From the NCBI GenBank assembly GCA_963732385.1, contig CAVSZB010000007.1:1440001-1504000 (forward strand): DNA of 64,000 nucleotides, read 5' to 3'. Below, piece after piece: positions 8,796 through 19,768 of the stretch (position 1 is its first letter; each line of letters starts with the position of its first letter). Under the pieces are notes generated by a model. That model worked only from the letters and a program-made list of their open reading frames with translations, did not search any database and had not been told where the DNA came from. The DNA is from an uncultured bacterium. GTDB lineage: Bacteria > Krumholzibacteriota > Krumholzibacteriia > LZORAL124-64-63. Position numbers and translations under genes: made by a program.

Positions 8796-10394
8796 TCAGT
8801 CGGCCAGCGGCTTCATCGTCAGCGGATCGCGCAGCGGCAGGCGGTGCGGCTCGCCGCCGGCGAGGCCGACGAGGCTCACGTCGTGCTTGCCATCGCCGAG
8901 CAGCATCTCGTCCACCTTGCCGACCAGCAGGAACGTCATCTGCGTCGGATCGAGCAGGCGCTGCGCCACCCGCTGCACATCGGCAGCCGTGACCGCCGCG
9001 ATGCGCTCGCGGAACTCGGCGAAGTAGCGCGGATCCCTCTGATAGCGTCCGGTCAGCTCCTCCGTGGCCAGGGCGCCGGCGATGGCGCCTGCCGTTTCGA
9101 ACTGTGTCGGGAAGGTCTCGATGAACTTGTTCTGCGCGGTCTGCAGCTCGGCGTCAGACACCGGCTGCTCGCGGATGCGCCGCACCTCGGCCAGGCCGAC
9201 ATCGACCGCGAACGCCGCGGAACGCACCTTCGTCTGGAAGGTGACGCGCCACGCGTCGGGCCAGTAGACGCCCCCCTCCTGCCGCGAGCGCACCGAGTAG
9301 GCCAACCCCTCGTCGGAGCGGATGCGGTTGACGAGCCGCGCGCTGAACCCGCCCCCGCCGAGAATGTCGTTCAGCACGAGCGCCGCGAACCAGTCCGGAT
9401 CGGAGCGGTCGAGCGTGCGCAGGCCGAACGACACGCGGGCCTGGCTGACATCCTTGTCCACGACGTACCAGCCGGGGGCGGCCGGGGCGTTCGGGGCCGG
9501 CGGCGGACCGGGTCGCTCGCCGGAAACGGGCCAGTTCGCGAACGCCCGCTCGAGCGCGCGGATCATGGCCGCGCGGTCGAAGTCGCCCGAGACGGCGAGC
9601 AGGAAGTTGCGGGGGCCTACGTAGCGGCGCGTGAACGTCTCCAGGTCGGACCGCGTGAGCCCCTCGATCGAGGCCTGCGTCGGGTAGCGATTGCCCCAGA
9701 ACTCCTCGCCGCGCGCGAGGAAGCCCCATTCCCGCCCCTCGATCTGCGCGGTCTCGTCATTGCGCTCCTTCATCTGCTGGACGAGCTGGTCCTTGGCGAG
9801 CTGCAGACGGTCGTCGGCGAATGCCGGTTCGCGCAGACACTCCACCAGCAGCGCCAGACCGGCGTCGAGATCCTTGCTGAGCAGGTTGAGCGAGGCGCGC
9901 GCCTCGGCCGGCCCGATCGGCACGCCGCCCAGGCCCATGAAACCACCGCCGCGCCCGCCGACTGAGGCATCGAGCATCGCGCCGAGCGCGCTGACGGCAT
10001 CCTCCACCGCGGTGGCGGAACGCCGCGCCGTGCCGCCGCGCGTGAGTTGGTCCACCGCCAGGGCGGCCAGCCCCTCGCGGCCGACGGGGTCGAGATCGGC
10101 GCCGATCCTCATCAGCACGTGCACGCTCACCAGCGGCAGCGCGCGGTCGGGGACCAGATAGACGACGATGCCGTTCTTCAGCTGGACCCGGGCGTCCTTC
10201 GCCACGGGCGGGTCGTAGCTCAGGGGCGGGAAGGTGAGCTGCTCCGGGCGGTCCGGGATGGCGGATCCGCCGGCCGGAGCCGCCGCGGGCAGCGCACAGA
10301 GCAGGGCGCAGGTCGCCAGAGCGGCCGCCGCCGGAAACGCGCGGCCGGGCCGGGAGGCCGCGGCGCGCGTGAGCGTGTTCGCACGGGTCTTCAT
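8796..10394 (-). CDS. M16B peptidase, non-catalytic subunit
   Basis: Signal peptide; M16 fold without HxxEH; retains R/Y motif (NRIRSDEGLAYSV); RBS GGAGG. Confidence 0.88.
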   Translation of the reverse strand: MKTRANTLTRAAASRPGRAFPAAAALATCALLCALPAAAPAGGSAIPDRPEQLTFPPLSYDPPVAKDARVQLKNGIVVYLVPDRALPLVSVHVLMRIGADLDPVGREGLAALAVDQLTRGGTARRSATAVEDAVSALGAMLDASVGGRGGGFMGLGGVPIGPAEARASLNLLSKDLDAGLALLVECLREPAFADDRLQLAKDQLVQQMKERNDETAQIEGREWGFLARGEEFWGNRYPTQASIEGLTRSDLETFTRRYVGPRNFLLAVSGDFDRAAMIRALERAFANWPVSGERPGPPPAPNAPAAPGWYVVDKDVSQARVSFGLRTLDRSDPDWFAALVLNDILGGGGFSARLVNRIRSDEGLAYSVRSRQEGGVYWPDAWRVTFQTKVRSAAFAVDVGLAEVRRIREQPVSDAELQTAQNKFIETFPTQFETAGAIAGALATEELTGRYQRDPRYFAEFRERIAAVTAADVQRVAQRLLDPTQMTFLLVGKVDEMLLGDGKHDVSLVGLAGGEPHRLPLRDPLTMKPLAD

Positions 10395-10408
10395 GTCGCG
10401 TTCCTCCC

Positions 10409-12205
10409 TCACTTGTTGCCGGACTGGAGTTCGGTGAGGCGCGCCTGCGCCTTCGTCCGCAGAAAGTCCATCGCGCCCTTCAGTTCGGGCGGCATCTGGC
10501 CCGCCCGCTCCTCAAGACGCCCGATGTACGCCTGCACCTGAGCCGCGTCGGCCATCCCCTGCAGACGGGCGAGGCTGCCCATGATCATCGGTTTCGCCTC
10601 GGCCGGCAGCGCCGCGAGCGCGGGATCCTCCGCCGCCCCGCCCGTCTTGCGGGTCCAGACGGCGACGGCGCGGTTCTCCTTCGCGAAATAGGTTTTCGCC
10701 ACGCGTTGCACATCCTCCGCCGTGACCTGCTGGACGGCGCGGTCGGCGGCGTCGGCGTCGCGCCACGAGCTCGTCGCCTCGGCCCGACCGTAGCGGATCA
10801 TGAGGAAGAAGTTGCTGTCGAGGCGACGGTAGCTCGAGGCAAGGTAGCGGTTCTTCACCCCCTGCAGTTCGTCCGCCGGGACCGGCTCCCGCTGCAGCTT
10901 CTCGAGCTCGGTGTAGATCGCCGCCTCGACCTGCTCGGGCGTCCGCCCATCCTTGGCCTCGGCTTCGATTTCGAACATGCCCTCGTACTTCTGGGCGTCC
11001 TGGGACGCGCGGGCGCTCGTGGCGGGGCCATCGCCCAGGACGAGGGCGCGGCGCAGCCGGCCGGCTGTTCCGTCAAGGATCCCGGACAGCACCTCGAGGG
11101 CCGGAACGTCGCGGTGCACCGCCGCGACCGTGTGCCAGCGTACCGTCACGGCGGGATTCGTCTCCGCCTCGCCATAGAACCGCTTCTCGGCCAGCTGCCG
11201 CGGCTCCATGGTGATCATTTCCGGCGCCGGCTGCGGGCCGGTCGGTATGCGGCCGAGGTATTTTTCGGCCAGCGCCAGCGCCTGCGGCGCGTCGAAGTCG
11301 CCCACCAGCACCGCACAGAGGTTCTGCGGCGCATAGTAGAGCGCGTAGTAGGCCCGCGCCTGCTCGTAGGTCAGACTCGCCACGTCGCTCGCCCAGCCGA
11401 TCACCGGCCAGCTGTAGGGACTCGCCTCCCAGAAGACCGCGTCGAATGCCTCCTGATACTTGCCGGTCGGCGTGGATTCGACGCCGAGACGACGCTCCTC
11501 GTTGACGACATCGCGCTCGGAGTAGAATTCGCGGAAGACCGAGTTCGCGATCCGGTCCGACTCCAGCCAGAACCACAGCTCCAGCTTGTTGGCCGGCAGG
11601 TTCTCGATATAGAACGTCATGTCATTGCCGGTGAAGGCGTTGATGCGACTGCCGCCGTTGCGCTGCAGGATGTTGTCGAATTCGTTCTTCACCATGTTGG
11701 CGCGCTGCATCGCGACCAGCGAGTCGAAGCGGGCCTCGAGCTCGCGATAGCGCGGCGTCTTCGCCTCGGGCTTCATCATGTCGTCGATTTCGCCCCGGCG
11801 CTGGGCGGCCCGCAGCAGCGACAACTCCGCCCGCATCCCGGCCTGGACGCGCTCCTGCTCGTCCATGAGCTGCCGGTCGAGCGCGGCGTCTTTCGTGCCG
11901 ATCGTGGTCGTCCCCTTGAACATCATGTGCTCGAAGAGGTGCGAGAGGCCGGTAATGCCGGCGCGCTCGTTGGCTGAGCCGACCTTCGCCACCCAGCCGG
12001 CCGCCACGCTCGGCGTGATGTGCCGCGGCACGAGCAGCAGCTTCATGCCGTTGGCGAGGATATGTTCCTGGACCTCGGGGCCGGGCGCCGGCGGCGCACC
12101 GGCCGGCCTGGCGCCGGCGGCCGTCGCCGCGAGCGCCACGAGAAGCAGCGCGAGCGCCGACGCCCGTGGGGCGACGACACCTGCCGGGTGCGAAGATCTG
12201 GCCAT
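10409..12205 (-). CDS. M16B zinc peptidase, catalytic subunit
   Basis: Signal peptide; inverted zinc motif HLFEH; NAFT; EREVV-type EERR. Confidence 0.9.
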   Translation of the reverse strand: MARSSHPAGVVAPRASALALLLVALAATAAGARPAGAPPAPGPEVQEHILANGMKLLLVPRHITPSVAAGWVAKVGSANERAGITGLSHLFEHMMFKGTTTIGTKDAALDRQLMDEQERVQAGMRAELSLLRAAQRRGEIDDMMKPEAKTPRYRELEARFDSLVAMQRANMVKNEFDNILQRNGGSRINAFTGNDMTFYIENLPANKLELWFWLESDRIANSVFREFYSERDVVNEERRLGVESTPTGKYQEAFDAVFWEASPYSWPVIGWASDVASLTYEQARAYYALYYAPQNLCAVLVGDFDAPQALALAEKYLGRIPTGPQPAPEMITMEPRQLAEKRFYGEAETNPAVTVRWHTVAAVHRDVPALEVLSGILDGTAGRLRRALVLGDGPATSARASQDAQKYEGMFEIEAEAKDGRTPEQVEAAIYTELEKLQREPVPADELQGVKNRYLASSYRRLDSNFFLMIRYGRAEATSSWRDADAADRAVQQVTAEDVQRVAKTYFAKENRAVAVWTRKTGGAAEDPALAALPAEAKPMIMGSLARLQGMADAAQVQAYIGRLEERAGQMPPELKGAMDFLRTKAQARLTELQSGNK

Positions 12206-12388
12206 GGGCTTCTTCTTTCCTGTGACGAGGAACTCCGTGACGCGCGGGAAAACGCCCGCCATCCTAGCAAACGGGGGGCGCGGCGGCAACCGCCCCACCG
12301 GCTCCTGGCGCGCCATCGTCGGGCCCGTCTTGCAGCCGCTTCAGCATCCCGCGGATGTCGCGCAGGTCGGACGCGGACCGACCCATCG

Positions 12389-13297
12389 TCAGCCCCGGAG
12401 CCGTGGCGGGTAGTCGCCGCGGGCGACCAGGGTGCGCAGGCGGGCCGCCACCGTGTCGCGGTCCTCGCGGTAGGTCATGCCAAACCAGGGATCGGGCGAG
12501 TCGAGCAGCTGCACTGTGGCCGTCCCCTCGTCCATCAACTCCTTCACGACCGCCGGGATGTACAGTTCCGAGCCGGACTCGCCGCCACGCGTGCGCAGGA
12601 ACCGGTCGAAGCGCTCCGCGAGGCAGGGGAAAATGGCCGGCGTGAAACCCCAGAAGTTCATGGAGACGGGAGTGTCGCCGGGGTAGCGACGGTCATCGCC
12701 ATCGGGACCGGTTTCGCGCGCGCCGCCGTCGCACGGCGCCAGCGCCGTCCGCTCGACGATGTCGCGCAGCAGCCCGTCCGGCCCCGCCGCGCAGATGCCG
12801 CGCGACACGGTCCCGTGCTCGGACAGCGTGTTCGCCAGGCGGTAGCCGACCATCGCCCAGCGCGCAGGGGGCATCACGGCCGGTTCACGCAGGAAGCGGA
12901 CCATCTGCGCGTAGCCGGCCGCGCCGTAGAAATCGTCGGCGTTGATCACCATGAAGGGGGCGCTTACCGCCTCGCGCGCCGCGAAAATGGCGTGCGCCGT
13001 GCCCCACGGCTTGATGCGTCCCGCCGGAACTGTGAACCAGGACGGCACGTCGGCCAGCTCCTGGTGCGCGTAGACAACCTCGACGCGCCCGGCGAACCGC
13101 GAACCGATCTGGGCGTGGAAGTCCGTCTCCATATCGCGACGGATCACGAAGACGACCCGTTCCACCCCGGCGCGCAGCGCGTCGAAAATGGAATAGTCGA
13201 GCAGCTTCTCGCCACCCGGGCCGACCGGCTCAAGCTGCTTGAGACCGCCGAAGCGCGAGCCGACGCCCGCCGCCATGACCAGCAGTTCCGGTTGCAT
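12389..13297 (-). CDS. Sugar-phosphate nucleotidyltransferase
   Basis: MAAGVGSRFGGLKQ, KPWGTAHA, VINADDFYG, SMNFWGF motifs. Confidence 0.88.
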   Translation of the reverse strand: MQPELLVMAAGVGSRFGGLKQLEPVGPGGEKLLDYSIFDALRAGVERVVFVIRRDMETDFHAQIGSRFAGRVEVVYAHQELADVPSWFTVPAGRIKPWGTAHAIFAAREAVSAPFMVINADDFYGAAGYAQMVRFLREPAVMPPARWAMVGYRLANTLSEHGTVSRGICAAGPDGLLRDIVERTALAPCDGGARETGPDGDDRRYPGDTPVSMNFWGFTPAIFPCLAERFDRFLRTRGGESGSELYIPAVVKELMDEGTATVQLLDSPDPWFGMTYREDRDTVAARLRTLVARGDYPPRLRG

Positions 13298-13419
13298 GAA
13301 TGACCGTCATCCTCGCGTGAGGGGGGAACGTGGCGCGCGAAGCACGCGGTATGAGGCGATTCATACCCCACGCAGGGGCCGGAAGCAACCGGCGATGCGG
13401 CGGACGCCGGGCGAAGGAT

Positions 13420-16400
13420 CTAGCTGGAAATCGGGGCGTGAAGCAGTTCCTGGATCGCCGCGAACAGCCGGCGGGGCTCGACCGGCTTGGTCACGTATCC
13501 GTCCATGCCGGAGTCCAGACAACGCGCGCGGTCATCGGCCATGGCGTGGGCCGTGAGCGCGATCACCGGGACATGCCGTCCGGTGCCGCCCTCGCGGCGG
13601 CGCAGTTCGGCGGTCGCCTGGAGACCGTCCATCACCGGCATCTGCACGTCCATGAGCACGATGTCGAAGACCTCCCGCGCGCAGGCAGCCAGGGCCGCCT
13701 CGCCGTTGTCGGCCATGACGACAACGTGGCCCGCCTTCTCGAGCAGCCGCCGCATCAGCAGCTGGTTTACGGCGTTGTCCTCCGCCACCAGCACCCGCAG
13801 TCCGTCGCCGGAGATGCGGGGCGTCTCCGGAAGGGACGCCGCGGGCACCTCCTCTTTCTGCGCTACCGCCGACTCGTCGGCCACCGGGAACACGCAGGAG
13901 AAGAAGAACGTGGTGCCCCGACCCGGCTCACTCTCCACGCGCAGATCGCCCCCCATGGCGGCCACGAGGCGGGTCGAGATCGACAGTCCCAGACCGGTGC
14001 CTCCGGGCCGTTGATGCGCCTTGCCGGCCACCTGTCTGAACGCTTCGAAGACCTGCGGCAGTTGATCCGCCGGAATGCCGATGCCGGTGTCCCGGACGGC
14101 GAAACGGAGCTCCACACCGTCCGGACCGGCCGGCGCCGGGCCCGGCGCCGCGCTCACCACGATTTCGCCGACGTCGGTGAACTTCACCGCGTTGCCGACC
14201 AGATTGATGAGAACCTGCCGCAGGCGCACCTCGTCGCCGACGATCGCCGCCGGAACGCCAGGCTCCGTCTCGCAGCGCAGCGTGATCCCCTTCTCCCGCG
14301 CGCCCAGGGCGACCGGCCGTAGCGCCTCCTGCATACAGCGGCGCGGAGCGAACGGCTCCCGGACCAGTTCGAACCGTCCGGCATCGATCTTGGAGAGGTC
14401 GAGAATGTCGTTGATGAGATCGAGCAGCGAGTGAGCCGAACTGTCCACGATGCCCAGGTACTCCTGCCGCTCCTCCTCGCGCGCGGTTTCTACGGCCAGC
14501 CGCGTCATGCCGATGATGCCGTTCATCGGCGTGCGGATCTCGTGGCTCATCTGGGCCAGGAACTCGCCCCGCGTCCGCGTCGCCTGCTCCGCCTCGTCCT
14601 TGGCCGCCTGCAGTTCCCAGGTGCGCTCCTGCACGAGGCTGGCCAGCTCGTCGGCGCGGCGGCGGACCTGGCGCACTCGCCAGCGGAACAGCGCCACCAC
14701 GCCCAGAAGCGCGATGGCCGCGACGGCGCCACGGAATAACGGCGACTGGTGCAGGTGCGGCTGGAGGGAGAACGCGTAGGATTTCTCCTCGCCGCCGAAC
14801 TCGCCCCGGATGTTGCTCGCCTGGACGGTGAAGGTGTAGCGGCCCGGCGGAATATTGGTGTAGTAGGCCTCGCGACGACCGCCCGCCATATGCCACTCAT
14901 CTTCATAACCATCGAGTCGGAAGCGGAAACAGATGCGGTTCGCATAGCGTGCGCTGGCGGCGCTGTATTGGAAATGGAGGTCGCCGCTGCCGGGCGGCGC
15001 TCTCAGGGGACTCGAGAGATCCGCGCGCCGGCCCGAGACGAGGGCCCGGTCGATGACCAGTTGCGGGAACGGCGGGGGCGCGACGGCGATCCGCGGATCG
15101 ACGACCGTCACGCCGTCATTCGTGGCGAACCAGAGGCGACCGTCACGATCCCGCACGGCCGGCGGATGCGTGGCGCCGTTGCACTCCGCGGTCTTCATGC
15201 CGTCGTCACGACCGTAGACGTCGCAGGTCAGCGTGTCGAGGAGACCTTCGGCGAAGGCGTCGAGAGCGACGTGGCGGACGCGGAACACGCCCCGGTTGCA
15301 TCCGAACCAGAACGAACCGCAATCATCTTCCAGGATGGCCAGCACGAGACTGTCGAACAGGCCGTTTTCAGCGCTGTAGGTGAAGAAACGACCATTGTGA
15401 TGGCGCACGAGGCCGTCCATGGTGCCAATCCAGACGTCGCCGTCAGCGTCCAGGTGCATCGCCAGCACGACCTTCGTCGGCAGGCCCCTGATCGCGCCAG
15501 GTTCCTCCAGGCGTCCGGCGCGCAGGCGATTGACACCGCCCTCGGTGCCTACCCAGATCACCCCTTCGCGGTCCTCGACGATGCCGCCCCACACCACGTC
15601 GCTCCGCAGACCGTCGGCGGCGGTGTAGCGGTTCAGGCGCCCGGCGTGCAGTCGGCAGAGACCGTCCCGCCGGGTGCCGAACCAGAAATCGCCGGCGCGA
15701 TCCTGGAGCATGCAGCGCACCTGTTCGATCGTCGCTCCGTCCGCGTCGCGAAAGAGCCGGAAACGCCCGTCCTCGTAGCGGTAGAGCGAGCTGTTGGTGC
15801 CTGCCCAGAGCGTGCCATCCCGGTCCTCGTAGAGGCTCGACACGAAATCGTTCGGCAGACCGTCGGCGCGCCCCAGCACCTCGACTCTGCCGTCGCGCAG
15901 GCGGCTGAGCCCCGGCGCGCTCCCGCCCACCCACAGCGTGCCGTCGCGGGTCTGCAGGACGGCCCGCACCGAATCGTCGCCCAGCCCCTCCGAGGTGGAG
16001 ACCGTGGTGAACAGCCCCCCCCGCAGACGATGCACGCCGTCACCGAAAGTCCCGATCCAGAGATCCCCGTCCGGAGACAGGAACAGCGCCTGGATCGCCG
16101 CGGTGTCGAGCGGACCGTCGATCCGGGCGGACGTGGGGCGGCCGCGGCGGATCAGGCCGAGCCCCGCCCCCTCCGTGCCGACCCAGATGTTGCCGTCGGG
16201 ATCGGCCGCGAGCGCGGAAATCACCTCGCCCGGCAGTCCATCGGCCCGGTCGTAGACACGCAGGGCGCCCTGCCGGCGGCAGACCAGCCCGCGTTGCGTG
16301 CCGATCCACACCGCGCCGTCGGGGGCGATGACCAGGGCACGGACGGTCGCATCGGGCAGCCCGTCTGCCAGGCCGAAGCGTTGCACGGTCTGCCCTTCGC

Positions 16401-16998
16401 GACGCAGCAGACCGTCGTTCGTCCCGATCCAGACCGTGCCGGAAGGCTCCACCGCCAGCGCCGTGACGAAGACCGACGCGGCATCCGCCGTGAGCGGGAT
16501 CGCCTCGACCCGCTCCCTGACCACGCGCATCAGTCCGTGGGACGTCCCGACGAGCAGCGCCCCGGAGCGGTCGAAGGCCAGAGCGTTGACGGCCATATCC
16601 CGCAGCGCGGCATCCCGGTCCAGCGTCGTGAAGGCGCCCGCCCGCAGACAGACCAGCCCCTGGAAGGTGCCGATCCAGAGCTCGCCGTCCCCGCCGGGCA
16701 ACAGGCACTGGATGCGCAGCGAGTTCAGGGGGGGATCGCTGCGCCGGTCGAAAAGGGTGAAGGAGAGTCCGTCGTAACGGGCCAGCCCCTCCTGGGAACC
16801 GATCCAGAGATTGCCGTCTGCGGTCTGCGCGAACGACGACGCCATGTCCGTCGTCAGACCCTCGCGCACACCCCAGGAGTCGTGCACGTACTGCGTGACG
16901 GCGAGATCGGGCGACAGGGCCACGGCGGGCACAACGGGCCACAGCAACGCGCCCATCGTCAGCATGGCTGTCCGCCATAGCCGGGAACTGCTCGACAT
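13420..16998 (-). CDS. Hybrid sensor histidine kinase (periplasmic beta-propellers + Y_Y_Y, TM, HisKA, HATPase, REC)
   Basis: Repeated 'D..G.LWIGT..GL'; YTNIPPGRYTF; MSHEIRTPMN; GTGLGL; VLMDVQMPVMDG. RBS AGGAGG. Confidence 0.93.
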   Translation of the reverse strand: MSSSSRLWRTAMLTMGALLWPVVPAVALSPDLAVTQYVHDSWGVREGLTTDMASSFAQTADGNLWIGSQEGLARYDGLSFTLFDRRSDPPLNSLRIQCLLPGGDGELWIGTFQGLVCLRAGAFTTLDRDAALRDMAVNALAFDRSGALLVGTSHGLMRVVRERVEAIPLTADAASVFVTALAVEPSGTVWIGTNDGLLRREGQTVQRFGLADGLPDATVRALVIAPDGAVWIGTQRGLVCRRQGALRVYDRADGLPGEVISALAADPDGNIWVGTEGAGLGLIRRGRPTSARIDGPLDTAAIQALFLSPDGDLWIGTFGDGVHRLRGGLFTTVSTSEGLGDDSVRAVLQTRDGTLWVGGSAPGLSRLRDGRVEVLGRADGLPNDFVSSLYEDRDGTLWAGTNSSLYRYEDGRFRLFRDADGATIEQVRCMLQDRAGDFWFGTRRDGLCRLHAGRLNRYTAADGLRSDVVWGGIVEDREGVIWVGTEGGVNRLRAGRLEEPGAIRGLPTKVVLAMHLDADGDVWIGTMDGLVRHHNGRFFTYSAENGLFDSLVLAILEDDCGSFWFGCNRGVFRVRHVALDAFAEGLLDTLTCDVYGRDDGMKTAECNGATHPPAVRDRDGRLWFATNDGVTVVDPRIAVAPPPFPQLVIDRALVSGRRADLSSPLRAPPGSGDLHFQYSAASARYANRICFRFRLDGYEDEWHMAGGRREAYYTNIPPGRYTFTVQASNIRGEFGGEEKSYAFSLQPHLHQSPLFRGAVAAIALLGVVALFRWRVRQVRRRADELASLVQERTWELQAAKDEAEQATRTRGEFLAQMSHEIRTPMNGIIGMTRLAVETAREEERQEYLGIVDSSAHSLLDLINDILDLSKIDAGRFELVREPFAPRRCMQEALRPVALGAREKGITLRCETEPGVPAAIVGDEVRLRQVLINLVGNAVKFTDVGEIVVSAAPGPAPAGPDGVELRFAVRDTGIGIPADQLPQVFEAFRQVAGKAHQRPGGTGLGLSISTRLVAAMGGDLRVESEPGRGTTFFFSCVFPVADESAVAQKEEVPAASLPETPRISGDGLRVLVAEDNAVNQLLMRRLLEKAGHVVVMADNGEAALAACAREVFDIVLMDVQMPVMDGLQATAELRRREGGTGRHVPVIALTAHAMADDRARCLDSGMDGYVTKPVEPRRLFAAIQELLHAPISS

Positions 16999-17106
16999 GG
17001 GACGATATTCCTCCTGCGATCCACCCACCGGGAGGACCGCGGGCAGCCGCCGGTTCAGTCCGGCGGCGCCCGCTTCAGGAGGGTATCGACAAGCAGCGCA
17101 GCGGCT

Positions 17107-19380
17107 TTAGCCGCGGACCTGACGGATCCGATTGAGGGCCGAACCGGCCCGGAACCAGGCGATCTGCTCGACTGTGAGGGTGTGTCGGACCGGGCAGGCG
17201 TCCCGCGTCCCGTCGGCGTGATGCAACACCGCCGTCAGCGGTTCGCCCGGAGCGAGTCCGGCCAGGCCGGTGATCGCGATCCGGTCGTCCTCGCGCACCT
17301 TTTCGTAGTCGGCCGGATCAGCGAAGGTAAGCGGCAGGACCCCCTGCTTCTTGAGGTTGGTCTCATGGATCCGCGCGAAACTCCGGGTGATCACCGCGGC
17401 GGCGCCGAGGTGCCGCGGCGACATGGCCGCATGCTCGCGGCTCGAGCCTTCACCGTAGTTTTCGTCACCCACGACCACCCAGCGCAGTCCGGCCGCCTTG
17501 TAGGCGCGCGCCACCTGCGGCACCGGCAGCCCGGTCTCCCCCGTGAGCAGATTGCGGGTCCGGCCGGACTCGCCGGTGAAGGCGTTCGCGGCGCCCAGGA
17601 ACATGTTGTCGCTGATCCGGTCGAGATGTCCGCGGTACTTCAGCCACGGCCCGGCCGCGGAGATGTGGTCGGTGGTGCACTTGCCCTTCGCCTTGAGCAG
17701 CAGCGGCAGGTCGATGAGGTCGCCGCCATCCCAGGCCGCAAACGGATCCAGCAGCGCCAGCCGGTCGCTGTCGGGTTTCACGCTCACCGCCACCCCCGCG
17801 CCGTCGGCCGGGGGCGCCACGTAGCCGCCCATCCCCGGCGCGAAGCCGCGGCGCGGCAGCTCGTCGGCCTGGGCCGGGATGTCGAGTTTCACCGCTTCGC
17901 CGCGCGCGTTCTCCAGCGTGTCGGTGAGCGGGTTGAAGTCCAGCCGTCCCGCCAGCGCACAGGCCACCACCACTTCCGGGCTGCCGATGAAGGCGAACGT
18001 GTCCGCGCTGCCGTCGTTGCGGCGCGGAAAATTGCGGTTGAAAGAGGTGAGGATGCTGTTGCGCTCCCCTTTCTTCACGTCGTCGCGCTGCCACTGCCCG
18101 ATGCACGGACCGCAGGCGTTCGCCAGCACGATCGCCCCCACCGCCTCGAGATCGGCGAGCTGACCGTCCCGCCTGATGGTCTCGTAGATCAGGTCGGAGC
18201 CGGGCGTGACCATGAGCGGGGCGCGCATGCGCAGACCCTTCGCCAGGGCCTGCCGCGCCACGTCCGCGGCCCGCCCGATATCCTCGTACGACGAGTTGGT
18301 GCAGGACCCGATCAGCGCGAAGCGCAGTTCGACCGGCCACCCTTCGCGCCGCACGTCCTCGCCCAACCGGCTCACCGGCCGCGCCAGGTCGGGGGTGTGC
18401 GGCCCGACGACGTGCGGCTCGAGCGTCGTCAGGTCGATCTCGACCACGCGGTCGTAGAACTTCGCCGGGTCCCGCTCCACCTCGGGGTCGGCGACGAGCA
18501 GGTCGCGGCTGGCCTCCGCCAGGTCGGCCAGCGCGGCGCGGCCCGTGGCGCGGAGGTAGGCGCCCATGCGCTCGTCGTACGGGAAGAGGCTGGTCGTGGC
18601 GCCGTGCTCGGCCCCCATGTTGGTCACGGTCGCCTTGCCGGTACAGGAGATCGCGCGCGTGCCGGGCCCGAAGTACTCCACGATGGCGTTGGTGCCCCCC
18701 TTGGTGGTCAGGATCTCGCAGACCTTCAGGATGACATCCTTGGGCGACGTCCAGCCGTTCAACTCCCCGGTCAGCTTCACGCCGATCATTTTCGGGTGCT
18801 TGACCTCCCACGGCATGCCGACCATCACGTCCACCGCGTCGGCCCCGCCCACGCCGCAGGCCACCATGCCGAGCCCGCCGGCGTTGGGCGTGTGGCTGTC
18901 GGTGCCGATGATCAGGCCGCCGGGGAAGGCGTAGTTCTCGAGCACGACCTGATGGATGATGCCGGAACCGGGCTTCCAGAAGCCCATGCCGTACCGGCCC
19001 GCGGCGGTGCGCAGGAAATCGTACACCTCGCGGTTCTCGTCCTCCGCGACCTGCTGATCGGCGGCCGCCCCCGCGTGGGCGCGGATCAGGTGGTCGCAAT
19101 GGATGGTGGTCGGCACCGCGGTCCGCGGGATCCGCGCCGACATGAACTGCAGGATCGCCATCTGCGCGGTGGCGTCCTGCATGGCGACGCGGTCGGGCCG
19201 CAAAGCGAGCGTGGCCTCGCCGCGCGCCAGCGGCTGCCCCGCCGGGTCGTCGAGGTGTCCGAGCAGCACCTTCTCCCCGAGCGTCAGCGGCCGGCCGAGC
19301 CGCCCGCGCACGATCTCCAGCCGCGAGCGCATCTGCGCGTAAACGTCCTGCACCATCTCGGGGGTGGTCTCGATCCGCAT
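17107..19380 (-). CDS. acn: Aconitate hydratase (mitochondrial-like type)
   Basis: [55 protein letters not shown]. Confidence 0.95.
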   Translation of the reverse strand: MRIETTPEMVQDVYAQMRSRLEIVRGRLGRPLTLGEKVLLGHLDDPAGQPLARGEATLALRPDRVAMQDATAQMAILQFMSARIPRTAVPTTIHCDHLIRAHAGAAADQQVAEDENREVYDFLRTAAGRYGMGFWKPGSGIIHQVVLENYAFPGGLIIGTDSHTPNAGGLGMVACGVGGADAVDVMVGMPWEVKHPKMIGVKLTGELNGWTSPKDVILKVCEILTTKGGTNAIVEYFGPGTRAISCTGKATVTNMGAEHGATTSLFPYDERMGAYLRATGRAALADLAEASRDLLVADPEVERDPAKFYDRVVEIDLTTLEPHVVGPHTPDLARPVSRLGEDVRREGWPVELRFALIGSCTNSSYEDIGRAADVARQALAKGLRMRAPLMVTPGSDLIYETIRRDGQLADLEAVGAIVLANACGPCIGQWQRDDVKKGERNSILTSFNRNFPRRNDGSADTFAFIGSPEVVVACALAGRLDFNPLTDTLENARGEAVKLDIPAQADELPRRGFAPGMGGYVAPPADGAGVAVSVKPDSDRLALLDPFAAWDGGDLIDLPLLLKAKGKCTTDHISAAGPWLKYRGHLDRISDNMFLGAANAFTGESGRTRNLLTGETGLPVPQVARAYKAAGLRWVVVGDENYGEGSSREHAAMSPRHLGAAAVITRSFARIHETNLKKQGVLPLTFADPADYEKVREDDRIAITGLAGLAPGEPLTAVLHHADGTRDACPVRHTLTVEQIAWFRAGSALNRIRQVRG

Positions 19381-19701
19381 GGTCCGACTCCTTGCTGGCT
19401 GGTCGTCTCGTCCGGGACCGGCGCCGTCGCCTGTCGCGCTGGTTGCGCAGCACTTCCGGGAAGGCCTATGCCGGGATCATCATTACCAGAGTCGTCACTG
19501 CCGCGCCAGCGAAGCGTGCGCCGCCGCGCGCGTCCGCCGCCACGAACCGGCACGCTCAAAGACCCGGATCGGCCCGGAAATGGGAACGGAAAGCATGATG
19601 CTGTTCCAGAATATCGGGCCGGCAGGGGTTGACCGGAGCGGGACAGTCTTACATCCTAGTGACGGGGAACCAACGCGGAAGTCGCGCGCACCGCGCGTCC
19701 C

Positions 19702-19735
19702 GCGCCCAGCGCCCAGCGCCCAGCGCCCAGCGCCC
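19702..19735 (+). repeat. Heptanucleotide simple repeat (GCGCCCA)4 + GCGCCC
   Basis: Read directly from the intergenic region just upstream of the PLP-enzyme RBS. Confidence 0.85.
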
Positions 19736-19768
19736 CGCGCGCGATCGCCTTCCGAGGAGCGTGAGCCC

